64,000 nt of DNA from the human T2T-CHM13v2.0 reference genome, Homo sapiens. This document shows, piece after piece, positions 1 to 32,700 of the stretch. Numbering within the stretch: position 1 is the first letter of the stretch; the number at the start of each line of letters is the position of its first letter. The notes below the pieces were generated by a model. It was given only the letters and a program-made list of their open reading frames with translations. It did not search any database and had not been told where the DNA came from. The stretch lies in NCBI RefSeq assembly GCF_009914755.1, contig NC_060928.1; one strand, written 5' to 3'. Both the position numbers and the translations under genes were made by a program.

Positions 1-330
1 GCCACGGAGGAGCCACACGCAGGACGACGGAGGCGTGATTTTGGTTTCCGCGTGGCTTTGCCCTCCGCAAGGCGGCCTGTTGCTCACGTCTCTCCGGCCC
101 CCGAAAGGCTGGCCATGCCGACTGTTTGCTCCCGGAGCTCTGCGGGCACCCGGAAACATGCAGGGAAGGGTGCAAGCCCGGCACGGTGCCTTCGCTCTCC
201 TTGCCAGGTTCCAAACCGGCCACACTGCAGACTCCCCACGTTGCCGCACGCGGGAATCCATCGTCAGGCCATCACGCCGGGGAGGCATCTCCTCTCTGGG
301 GTCTCGCTCTGGTCTTCTACGTGGAAATGA

Positions 331-2229
<1,899 letters not shown>

Positions 2230-3628
2230 GACGCGGGGTTGGGACGGGGTCGGGTGGTTCGGGGCAGGGCGGTGGCCTCTCTTTCGCGGGGAACACCTGG
2301 CTGGCTACGGAGGGGCGTGTCTCCGCCCCGCCCCCTCCACCGGGCTGACCGGCCTGGGATTCCTGCCTTCTAGGTCTAGGCCCGGTGAGAGACTCCACAC
2401 CGCGGAGAACTGCCATTCTTTCCTGGGCATCCCGGGGATCCCAGAGCCGGCCCAGGTACCAGCAGGTGGGCCGCCTACTGCGCACGCGCGGGTTTGCGGG
2501 CAGCCGCCTGGGCTGTGGGAGCAGCCCGGGCAGAGCTCTCCTGCCTCTCCACCAGCCCACCCCGCCGCCTGACCGCCCCCTCCCCACCCCCACCCCCCAC
2601 CCCCGGAAAACGCGTCGTCCCCTGGGCTGGGTGGAGACCCCCGTCCCGCGAAACACCGGGCCCCGCGCAGCGTCCGGGCCTGACACCGCTCCGGCGGCTC
2701 GCCTCCTCTGCGCCCCCGCGCCACCGTCGCCCGCCCGCCCGGGCCCCTGCAGCCGCCCAGGTGCCAGCACGGAGCGCCTGGCGGCGGAACGCAGACCCCA
2801 GGCCCGGCGCACACCGGGGACGCTGAGCGTTCCAGGCGGGAGGGAAGGCGGGCAGAGATGGAGAGAGGAACGGGAGACCTAGAGGGGCGGAAGGACGGGC
2901 GGAGGGACGTTAGGAGGGAGGGAGGGAGGCAGGGAGGCAGGGAGGAACGGAGGGAAAGACAGAGCGACGCAGGGACTGGGGGCGGGCGGGAGGGAGCCGG
3001 GGACGGACGGGGGGAGGAAGGCAGGGAGGAAAAGCGGTCCTCGGCCTCCGGGAGTAGCGGGACCCCCGCCCTCCGGGAAAACGGTCAGCGTCCGGCGCGG
3101 GCTGAGGGCTGGGCCCACAGCCGCCGCGCCGGCCGGCGCGGCACCCATTCGCCCCGGTTCCGTGGCCCAGGGAGTGGGCGGTTTCCTCCGGGACAAAAGA
3201 CCGGGACTCGGGTTGCCGTCGGGTTTTCACCCGCGCGGTTCACAGACCGCACATCCCCAGGCTCAGCCCTGCAACGCGGCGCGAGGCCGACAGCCCCGGC
3301 CACGGAGGAGCCACACGCAGGACGACGGAGGCGTGATTTTGGTTTCCGCGTGGCTTTGCCCTCCGCAAGGCGGCCTGTTGCTCACGTCTCTCCGGCCCCC
3401 GAAAGGCTGGCCATGCCGACTGTTTGCTCCCGGAGCTCTGCGGGCACCCGGAAACATGCAGGGAAGGGTGCAAGCCCGGCACGGTGCCTTCGCTCTCCTT
3501 GCCAGGTTCCAAACCGGCCACACTGCAGACTCCCCACGTTGCCGCACGCGGGAATCCATCGTCAGGCCATCACGCCGGGGAGGCATCTCCTCTCTGGGGT
3601 CTCGCTCTGGTCTTCTACGTGGAAATGA

Positions 3629-5527
<1,899 letters not shown>

Positions 5528-6926
5528 GACGCGGGGTTGGGACGGGGTCGGGTGGTTCGGGGCAGGGCGGTGGCCTCTCTTTCGCGGGGAACACCTGGCT
5601 GGCTACGGAGGGGCGTGTCTCCGCCCCGCCCCCTCCACCGGGCTGACCGGCCTGGGATTCCTGCCTTCTAGGTCTAGGCCCGGTGAGAGACTCCACACCG
5701 CGGAGAACTGCCATTCTTTCCTGGGCATCCCGGGGATCCCAGAGCCGGCCCAGGTACCAGCAGGTGGGCCGCCTACTGCGCACGCGCGGGTTTGCGGGCA
5801 GCCGCCTGGGCTGTGGGAGCAGCCCGGGCAGAGCTCTCCTGCCTCTCCACCAGCCCACCCCGCCGCCTGACCGCCCCCTCCCCACCCCCACCCCCCACCC
5901 CCGGAAAACGCGTCGTCCCCTGGGCTGGGTGGAGACCCCCGTCCCGCGAAACACCGGGCCCCGCGCAGCGTCCGGGCCTGACACCGCTCCGGCGGCTCGC
6001 CTCCTCTGCGCCCCCGCGCCACCGTCGCCCGCCCGCCCGGGCCCCTGCAGCCGCCCAGGTGCCAGCACGGAGCGCCTGGCGGCGGAACGCAGACCCCAGG
6101 CCCGGCGCACACCGGGGACGCTGAGCGTTCCAGGCGGGAGGGAAGGCGGGCAGAGATGGAGAGAGGAACGGGAGACCTAGAGGGGCGGAAGGACGGGCGG
6201 AGGGACGTTAGGAGGGAGGGAGGGAGGCAGGGAGGCAGGGAGGAACGGAGGGAAAGACAGAGCGACGCAGGGACTGGGGGCGGGCGGGAGGGAGCCGGGG
6301 ACGGACGGGGGGAGGAAGGCAGGGAGGAAAAGCGGTCCTCGGCCTCCGGGAGTAGCGGGACCCCCGCCCTCCGGGAAAACGGTCAGCGTCCGGCGCGGGC
6401 TGAGGGCTGGGCCCACAGCCGCCGCGCCGGCCGGCGCGGCACCCATTCGCCCCGGTTCCGTGGCCCAGGGAGTGGGCGGTTTCCTCCGGGACAAAAGACC
6501 GGGACTCGGGTTGCCGTCGGGTTTTCACCCGCGCGGTTCACAGACCGCACATCCCCAGGCTCAGCCCTGCAACGCGGCGCGAGGCCGACAGCCCCGGCCA
6601 CGGAGGAGCCACACGCAGGACGACGGAGGCGTGATTTTGGTTTCCGCGTGGCTTTGCCCTCCGCAAGGCGGCCTGTTGCTCACGTCTCTCCGGCCCCCGA
6701 AAGGCTGGCCATGCCGACTGTTTGCTCCCGGAGCTCTGCGGGCACCCGGAAACATGCAGGGAAGGGTGCAAGCCCGGCACGGTGCCTTCGCTCTCCTTGC
6801 CAGGTTCCAAACCGGCCACACTGCAGACTCCCCACGTTGCCGCACGCGGGAATCCATCGTCAGGCCATCACGCCGGGGAGGCATCTCCTCTCTGGGGTCT
6901 CGCTCTGGTCTTCTACGTGGAAATGA

Positions 6927-8825
<1,899 letters not shown>

Positions 8826-9931
8826 GACGCGGGGTTGGGACGGGGTCGGGTGGTTCGGGGCAGGGCGGTGGCCTCTCTTTCGCGGGGAACACCTGGCTGG
8901 CTACGGAGGGGCGTGTCTCCGCCCCGCCCCCTCCACCGGGCTGACCGGCCTGGGATTCCTGCCTTCTAGGTCTAGGCCCGGTGAGAGACTCCACACCGCG
9001 GAGAACTGCCATTCTTTCCTGGGCATCCCGGGGATCCCAGAGCCGGCCCAGGTACCAGCAGGTGGGCCGCCTACTGCGCACGCGCGGGTTTGCGGGCAGC
9101 CGCCTGGGCTGTGGGAGCAGCCCGGGCAGAGCTCTCCTGCCTCTCCACCAGCCCACCCCGCCGCCTGACCGCCCCCTCCCCACCCCCACCCCCCACCCCC
9201 GGAAAACGCGTCGTCCCCTGGGCTGGGTGGAGACCCCCGTCCCGCGAAACACCGGGCCCCGCGCAGCGTCCGGGCCTGACACCGCTCCGGCGGCTCGCCT
9301 CCTCTGCGCCCCCGCGCCACCGTCGCCCGCCCGCCCGGGCCCCTGCAGCCGCCCAGGTGCCAGCACGGAGCGCCTGGCGGCGGAACGCAGACCCCAGGCC
9401 CGGCGCACACCGGGGACGCTGAGCGTTCCAGGCGGGAGGGAAGGCGGGCAGAGATGGAGAGAGGAACGGGAGACCTAGAGGGGCGGAAGGACGGGCGGAG
9501 GGACGTTAGGAGGGAGGGAGGGAGGCAGGGAGGCAGGGAGGAACGGAGGGAAAGACAGAGCGACGCAGGGACTGGGGGCGGGCGGGAGGGAGCCGGGGAC
9601 GGGGGGAGGAAGGCAGGGAGGAAAAGCGGTCCTCGGCCTCCGGGAGTAGCGGGACCCCCGCCCTCCGGGAAAACGGTCAGCGTCCGGCGCGGGCTGAGGG
9701 CTGGGCCCACAGCCGCCGCGCCGGCCGGCGGGGCACCACCCATTCGCCCCGGTTCCGGGGCCCAGGGAGTGGGCGGTTTCCTCCGGGACAAAAGACCGGG
9801 ACTCGGGTTGCCGTCGGGTCTTCACCCGCGCGGTTCACAGACCGCACATCCCCAGGCTGAGCCCTGCAACGCGGCGCGAGGCCGACAGCCCCGGCCACGG
9901 AGGAGCCACACGCAGGACGACGGAGGCGTGA

Positions 9932-12121
<2,190 letters not shown>

Positions 12122-13519
12122 GACGCGGGGTTGGGACGGGGTCGGGTGGTTCGGGGCAGGGCCGTGGCCTCTCTTTCGCGGGGAACACCTGGCTGGCTAC
12201 GGAGGGGCGTGTCTCCGCCCCGCCCCCTCCACCGGGCTGACCGGCCTGGGATTCCTGCCTTCTAGGTCTAGGCCCGGTGAGAGACTCCACACCGCGGAGA
12301 ACTGCCATTCTTTCCTGGGCATCCCGGGGATCCCAGAGCCGGCCCAGGTACCAGCAGGTGGGCCGCCTACTGCGCACGCGCGGGTTTGCGGGCAGCCGCC
12401 TGGGCTGTGGGAGCAGCCCGGGCAGAGCTCTCCTGCCTCTCCACCAGCCCACCCCGCCGCCTGACCGCCCCCTCCCCACCCCCACCCCCCACCCCCGGAA
12501 AACGCGTCGTCCCCTGGGCTGGGTGGAGACCCCCGTCCCGCGAAACACCGGGCCCCGCGCAGCGTCCGGGCCTGACACCGCTCCGGCGGCTCGCCTCCTC
12601 TGCGCCCCCGCGCCACCGTCGCCCGCCCGCCCGGGCCCCTGCAGCCGCCCAGGTGCCAGCACGGAGCGCCTGGCGGCGGAACGCAGACCCCAGGCCCGGC
12701 GCACACCGGGGACGCTGAGCGTTCCAGGCGGGAGGGAAGGCGGGCAGAGATGGAGAGAGGAACGGGAGACCTAGAGGGGCGGAAGGACGGGCGGAGGGAC
12801 GTTAGGAGGGAGGGAGGGAGGCAGGGAGGCAGGGAGGAACGGAGGGAAAGACAGAGCGACGCAGGGACTGGGGGCGGGCGGGAGGGAGCCGGGGACGGGG
12901 GGAGGAAGGCAGGGAGGAAAAGCGGTCCTCGGCCTCCGGGAGTAGCGGGACCCCCGCCCTCCGGGAAAACGGTCAGCGTCCGGCGCGGGCTGAGGGCTGG
13001 GCCCACAGCCGCCGCGCCGGCCGGCGGGGCACCACCCATTCGCCCCGGTTCCGGGGCCCAGGGAGTGGGCGGTTTCCTCCGGGACAAAAGACCGGGACTC
13101 GGGTTGCCGTCGGGTCTTCACCCGCGCGGTTCACAGACCGCACATCCCCAGGCTGAGCCCTGCAACGCGGCGCGAGGCCGACAGCCCCGGCCACGGAGGA
13201 GCCACACGCAGGACGACGGAGGCGTGATTTTGGTTTCCGCGTGGCTTTGCCCTCCGCAAGGCGGCCTGTTGCTCACGTCTCTCCGGCCCCCGAAAGGCTG
13301 GCCATGCCGACTGTTTGCTCCCGGAGCTCTGCGGGCACCCGGAAACATGCAGGGAAGGGTGCAAGCCCGGCACGGTGCCTTCGCTCTCCTTGCCAGGTTC
13401 CAAACCGGCCACACTGCAGACTCCCCACGTTGCCGCACGCGGGAATCCATCGTCAGGCCATCACGCCGGGGAGGCATCTCCTCTCTGGGGTCTCGCTCTG
13501 GTCTTCTACGTGGAAATGA

Positions 13520-15418
<1,899 letters not shown>

Positions 15419-16524
15419 GACGCGGGGTTGGGACGGGGTCGGGTGGTTCGGGGCAGGGCGGTGGCCTCTCTTTCGCGGGGAACACCTGGCTGGCTACGGA
15501 GGGGCGTGTCTCCGCCCCGCCCCCTCCACCGGGCTGACCGGCCTGGGATTCCTGCCTTCTAGGTCTAGGCCCGGTGAGAGACTCCACACCGCGGAGAACT
15601 GCCATTCTTTCCTGGGCATCCCGGGGATCCCAGAGCCGGCCCAGGTACCAGCAGGTGGGCCGCCTACTGCGCACGCGCGGGTTTGCGGGCAGCCGCCTGG
15701 GCTGTGGGAGCAGCCCGGGCAGAGCTCTCCTGCCTCTCCACCAGCCCACCCCGCCGCCTGACCGCCCCCTCCCCACCCCCACCCCCCACCCCCGGAAAAC
15801 GCGTCGTCCCCTGGGCTGGGTGGAGACCCCCGTCCCGCGAAACACCGGGCCCCGCGCAGCGTCCGGGCCTGACACCGCTCCGGCGGCTCGCCTCCTCTGC
15901 GCCCCCGCGCCACCGTCGCCCGCCCGCCCGGGCCCCTGCAGCCGCCCAGGTGCCAGCACGGAGCGCCTGGCGGCGGAACGCAGACCCCAGGCCCGGCGCA
16001 CACCGGGGACGCTGAGCGTTCCAGGCGGGAGGGAAGGCGGGCAGAGATGGAGAGAGGAACGGGAGACCTAGAGGGGCGGAAGGACGGGCGGAGGGACGTT
16101 AGGAGGGAGGGAGGGAGGCAGGGAGGCAGGGAGGAACGGAGGGAAAGACAGAGCGACGCAGGGACTGGGGGCGGGCGGGAGGGAGCCGGGGACGGGGGGA
16201 GGAAGGCAGGGAGGAAAAGCGGTCCTCGGCCTCCGGGAGTAGCGGGACCCCCGCCCTCCGGGAAAACGGTCAGCGTCCGGCGCGGGCTGAGGGCTGGGCC
16301 CACAGCCGCCGCGCCGGCCGGCGGGGCACCACCCATTCGCCCCGGTTCCGGGGCCCAGGGAGTGGGCGGTTTCCTCCGGGACAAAAGACCGGGACTCGGG
16401 TTGCCGTCGGGTCTTCACCCGCGCGGTTCACAGACCGCACATCCCCAGGCTGAGCCCTGCAACGCGGCGCGAGGCCGACAGCCCCGGCCACGGAGGAGCC
16501 ACACGCAGGACGACGGAGGCGTGA

Positions 16525-18714
<2,190 letters not shown>

Positions 18715-20112
18715 GACGCGGGGTTGGGACGGGGTCGGGTGGTTCGGGGCAGGGCGGTGGCCTCTCTTTCGCGGGGAACACCTGGCTGGCTACGGAGGGG
18801 CGTGTCTCCGCCCCGCCCCCTCCACCGGGCTGACCGGCCTGGGATTCCTGCCTTCTAGGTCTAGGCCCGGTGAGAGACTCCACACCGCGGAGAACTGCCA
18901 TTCTTTCCTGGGCATCCCGGGGATCCCAGAGCCGGCCCAGGTACCAGCAGGTGGGCCGCCTACTGCGCACGCGCGGGTTTGCGGGCAGCCGCCTGGGCTG
19001 TGGGAGCAGCCCGGGCAGAGCTCTCCTGCCTCTCCACCAGCCCACCCCGCCGCCTGACCGCCCCCTCCCCACCCCCACCCCCCACCCCCGGAAAACGCGT
19101 CGTCCCCTGGGCTGGGTGGAGACCCCCGTCCCGCGAAACACCGGGCCCCGCGCAGCGTCCGGGCCTGACACCGCTCCGGCGGCTCGCCTCCTCTGCGCCC
19201 CCGCGCCACCGTCGCCCGCCCGCCCGGGCCCCTGCAGCCGCCCAGGTGCCAGCACGGAGCGCCTGGCGGCGGAACGCAGACCCCAGGCCCGGCGCACACC
19301 GGGGACGCTGAGCGTTCCAGGCGGGAGGGAAGGCGGGCAGAGATGGAGAGAGGAACGGGAGACCTAGAGGGGCGGAAGGACGGGCGGAGGGACGTTAGGA
19401 GGGAGGGAGGGAGGCAGGGAGGCAGGGAGGAACGGAGGGAAAGACAGAGCGACGCAGGGACTGGGGGCGGGCGGGAGGGAGCCGGGGACGGGGGGAGGAA
19501 GGCAGGGAGGAAAAGCGGTCCTCGGCCTCCGGGAGTAGCGGGACCCCCGCCCTCCGGGAAAACGGTCAGCGTCCGGCGCGGGCTGAGGGCTGGGCCCACA
19601 GCCGCCGCGCCGGCCGGCGGGGCACCACCCATTCGCCCCGGTTCCGGGGCCCAGGGAGTGGGCGGTTTCCTCCGGGACAAAAGACCGGGACTCGGGTTGC
19701 CGTCGGGTCTTCACCCGCGCGGTTCACAGACCGCACATCCCCAGGCTGAGCCCTGCAACGCGGCGCGAGGCCGACAGCCCCGGCCACGGAGGAGCCACAC
19801 GCAGGACGACGGAGGCGTGATTTTGGTTTCCGCGTGGCTTTGCCCTCCGCAAGGCGGCCTGTTGCTCACGTCTCTCCGGCCCCCGAAAGGCTGGCCATGC
19901 CGACTGTTTGCTCCCGGAGCTCTGCGGGCACCCGGAAACATGCAGGGAAGGGTGCAAGCCCGGCACGGTGCCTTCGCTCTCCTTGCCAGGTTCCAAACCG
20001 GCCACACTGCAGACTCCCCACGTTGCCGCACGCGGGAATCCATCGTCAGGCCATCACGCCGGGGAGGCATCTCCTCTCTGGGGTCTCGCTCTGGTCTTCT
20101 ACGTGGAAATGA

Positions 20113-22011
<1,899 letters not shown>

Positions 22012-23117
22012 GACGCGGGGTTGGGACGGGGTCGGGTGGTTCGGGGCAGGGCGGTGGCCTCTCTTTCGCGGGGAACACCTGGCTGGCTACGGAGGGGCGT
22101 GTCTCCGCCCCGCCCCCTCCACCGGGCTGACCGGCCTGGGATTCCTGCCTTCTAGGTCTAGGCCCGGTGAGAGACTCCACACCGCGGAGAACTGCCATTC
22201 TTTCCTGGGCATCCCGGGGATCCCAGAGCCGGCCCAGGTACCAGCAGGTGGGCCGCCTACTGCGCACGCGCGGGTTTGCGGGCAGCCGCCTGGGCTGTGG
22301 GAGCAGCCCGGGCAGAGCTCTCCTGCCTCTCCACCAGCCCACCCCGCCGCCTGACCGCCCCCTCCCCACCCCCACCCCCCACCCCCGGAAAACGCGTCGT
22401 CCCCTGGGCTGGGTGGAGACCCCCGTCCCGCGAAACACCGGGCCCCGCGCAGCGTCCGGGCCTGACACCGCTCCGGCGGCTCGCCTCCTCTGCGCCCCCG
22501 CGCCACCGTCGCCCGCCCGCCCGGGCCCCTGCAGCCGCCCAGGTGCCAGCACGGAGCGCCTGGCGGCGGAACGCAGACCCCAGGCCCGGCGCACACCGGG
22601 GACGCTGAGCGTTCCAGGCGGGAGGGAAGGCGGGCAGAGATGGAGAGAGGAACGGGAGACCTAGAGGGGCGGAAGGACGGGCGGAGGGACGTTAGGAGGG
22701 AGGGAGGGAGGCAGGGAGGCAGGGAGGAACGGAGGGAAAGACAGAGCGACGCAGGGACTGGGGGCGGGCGGGAGGGAGCCGGGGACGGGGGGAGGAAGGC
22801 AGGGAGGAAAAGCGGTCCTCGGCCTCCGGGAGTAGCGGGACCCCCGCCCTCCGGGAAAACGGTCAGCGTCCGGCGCGGGCTGAGGGCTGGGCCCACAGCC
22901 GCCGCGCCGGCCGGCGGGGCACCACCCATTCGCCCCGGTTCCGGGGCCCAGGGAGTGGGCGGTTTCCTCCGGGACAAAAGACCGGGACTCGGGTTGCCGT
23001 CGGGTCTTCACCCGCGCGGTTCACAGACCGCACATCCCCAGGCTGAGCCCTGCAACGCGGCGCGAGGCCGACAGCCCCGGCCACGGAGGAGCCACACGCA
23101 GGACGACGGAGGCGTGA

Positions 23118-25307
<2,190 letters not shown>

Positions 25308-25991
25308 GACGCGGGGTTGGGACGGGGTCGGGTGGTTCGGGGCAGGGCGGTGGCCTCTCTTTCGCGGGGAACACCTGGCTGGCTACGGAGGGGCGTGTCT
25401 CCGCCCCGCCCCCTCCACCGGGCTGACCGGCCTGGGATTCCTGCCTTCTAGGTCTAGGCCCGGTGAGAGACTCCACACCGCGGAGAACTGCCATTCTTTC
25501 CTGGGCATCCCGGGGATCCCAGAGCCGGCCCAGGTACCAGCAGGTGGGCCGCCTACTGCGCACGCGCGGGTTTGCGGGCAGCCGCCTGGGCTGTGGGAGC
25601 AGCCCGGGCAGAGCTCTCCTGCCTCTCCACCAGCCCACCCCGCCGCCTGACCGCCCCCTCCCCACCCCCACCCCCCACCCCCGGAAAACGCGTCGTCCCC
25701 TGGGCTGGGTGGAGACCCCCGTCCCGCGAAACACCGGGCCCCGCGCAGCGTCCGGGCCTGACACCGCTCCGGCGGCTCGCCTCCTCTGCGCCCCCGCGCC
25801 ACCGTCGCCCGCCCGCCCGGGCCCCTGCAGCCGCCCAGGTGCCAGCACGGAGCGCCTGGCGGCGGAACGCAGACCCCAGGCCCGGCGCACACCGGGGACG
25901 CTGAGCGTTCCAGGCGGGAGGGAAGGCGGGCAGAGATGGAGAGAGGAACGGGAGACCTAGAGGGGCGGAAGGACGGGCGGAGGGACGTTAG

Positions 25992-28613
<2,622 letters not shown>

Positions 28614-30012
28614 GACGCGGGGTTGGGACGGGGTCGGGTGGTTCGGGGCAGGGCCGTGGCCTCTCTTTCGCGGGGAACACCTGGCTGGCTACGGAGGGGC
28701 GTGTCTCCGCCCCGCCCCCTCCACCGGGCTGACCGGCCTGGGATTCCTGCCTTCTAGGTCTAGGCCCGGTGAGAGACTCCACACCGCGGAGAACTGCCAT
28801 TCTTTCCTGGGCATCCCGGGGATCCCAGAGCCGGCCCAGGTACCAGCAGGTGGGCCGCCTACTGCGCACGCGCGGGTTTGCGGGCAGCCGCCTGGGCTGT
28901 GGGAGCAGCCCGGGCAGAGCTCTCCTGCCTCTCCACCAGCCCACCCCGCCGCCTGACCGCCCCCTCCCCACCCCCACCCCCCACCCCCGGAAAACGCGTC
29001 GTCCCCTGGGCTGGGTGGAGACCCCCGTCCCGCGAAACACCGGGCCCCGCGCAGCGTCCGGGCCTGACACCGCTCCGGCGGCTCGCCTCCTCTGCGCCCC
29101 CGCGCCACCGTCGCCCGCCCGCCCGGGCCCCTGCAGCCGCCCAGGTGCCAGCACGGAGCGCCTGGCGGCGGAACGCAGACCCCAGGCCCGGCGCACACCG
29201 GGGACGCTGAGCGTTCCAGGCGGGAGGGAAGGCGGGCAGAGATGGAGAGAGGAACGGGAGACCTAGAGGGGCGGAAGGACGGGCGGAGGGACGTTAGGAG
29301 GGAGGGAGGGAGGCAGGGAGGCAGGGAGGAACGGAGGGAAAGACAGAGCGACGCAGGGACTGGGGGCGGGCGGGAGGGAGCCGGGGACGGACGGGGGGAG
29401 GAAGGCAGGGAGGAAAAGCGGTCCTCGGCCTCCGGGAGTAGCGGGACCCCCGCCCTCCGGGAAAACGGTCAGCGTCCGGCGCGGGCTGAGGGCTGGGCCC
29501 ACAGCCGCCGCGCCGGCCGGCGCGGCACCCATTCGCCCCGGTTCCGTGGCCCAGGGAGTGGGCGGTTTCCTCCGGGACAAAAGACCGGGACTCGGGTTGC
29601 CGTCGGGTTTTCACCCGCGCGGTTCACAGACCGCACATCCCCAGGCTCAGCCCTGCAACGCGGCGCGAGGCCGACAGCCCCGGCCACGGAGGAGCCACAC
29701 GCAGGACGACGGAGGCGTGATTTTGGTTTCCGCGTGGCTTTGCCCTCCGCAAGGCGGCCTGTTGCTCACGTCTCTCCGGCCCCCGAAAGGCTGGCCATGC
29801 CGACTGTTTGCTCCCGGAGCTCTGCGGGCACCCGGAAACATGCAGGGAAGGGTGCAAGCCCGGCATGGTGCCTTCGCTCTCCTTGCCAGGTTCCAAACCG
29901 GCCACACTGCAGACTCCCCACGTTGCCGCACGCGGGAATCCATCGTCAGGCCATCACGCCGGGGAGGCATCTCCTCTCTGGGGTCTCGCTCTGGTCTTCT
30001 ACGTGGAAATGA

Positions 30013-31908
<1,896 letters not shown>

Positions 31909-32052
31909 GACGCGGGGTTGGGACGGGGTCGGGTGGTTCGGGGCAGGGCCGTGGCCTCTCTTTCGCGGGGAACACCTGGCTGGCTACGGAGGGGCGTGTC
32001 TCCGCCCCGCCCCCTCCACCGGGCTGACCGGCCTGGGATTCCTGCCTTCTAG

Positions 32053-32144
32053 GTCTAGGCCCGGTGAGAGACTCCACACCGCGGAGAACTGCCATTCTTT
32101 CCTGGGCATCCCGGGGATCCCAGAGCCGGCCCAGGTACCAGCAG
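32053..32144 (+). other. DUX4: DUX4 exon 2 (3' UTR)
   Basis: Intron 1 GT..AG at 31917-32052 (136 bp). Exon reads GTCTAGGCCC...GTACCAGCAG, followed by a GT donor at 32145. Confidence 0.85.
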
Positions 32145-32433
32145 GTGGGCCGCCTACTGCGCACGCGCGGGTTTGCGGGCAGCCGCCTGGGCTGTGGGAG
32201 CAGCCCGGGCAGAGCTCTCCTGCCTCTCCACCAGCCCACCCCGCCGCCTGACCGCCCCCTCCCCACCCCCACCCCCCACCCCCGGAAAACGCGTCGTCCC
32301 CTGGGCTGGGTGGAGACCCCCGTCCCGCGAAACACCGGGCCCCGCGCAGCGTCCGGGCCTGACACCGCTCCGGCGGCTCGCCTCCTCTGCGCCCCCGCGC
32401 CACCGTCGCCCGCCCGCCCGGGCCCCTGCAGCC

Positions 32434-32700
32434 TCCCAGCTGCCAGCGCGGAGCTCCTGGCGGTCAAAAGCATACCTCTGTCTGTCTTTGCCCGCTTCCT
32501 GGCTAGACCTGCGCGCAGTGCGCACCCCGGCTGACGTGCAAGGGAGCTCGCTGGCCTCTCTGTGCCCTTGTTCTTCCGTGAAATTCTGGCTGAATGTCTC
32601 CCCCCACCTTCCGACGCTGTCTAGGCAAACCTGGATTAGAGTTACATCTCCTGGATGATTAGTTCAGAGATATATTAAAATGCCCCCTCCCTGTGGATCC
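32434..32700 (+). other. DUX4: pLAM region containing DUX4 exon 3 (from 32507); A-type haplotype
   Basis: Sequence departs from D4Z4 at 32434. Pyrimidine tract and AG acceptor at 32505-32506, then ACCTGCGCGCAGTG. The 3' end is approximate. Confidence 0.92.
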
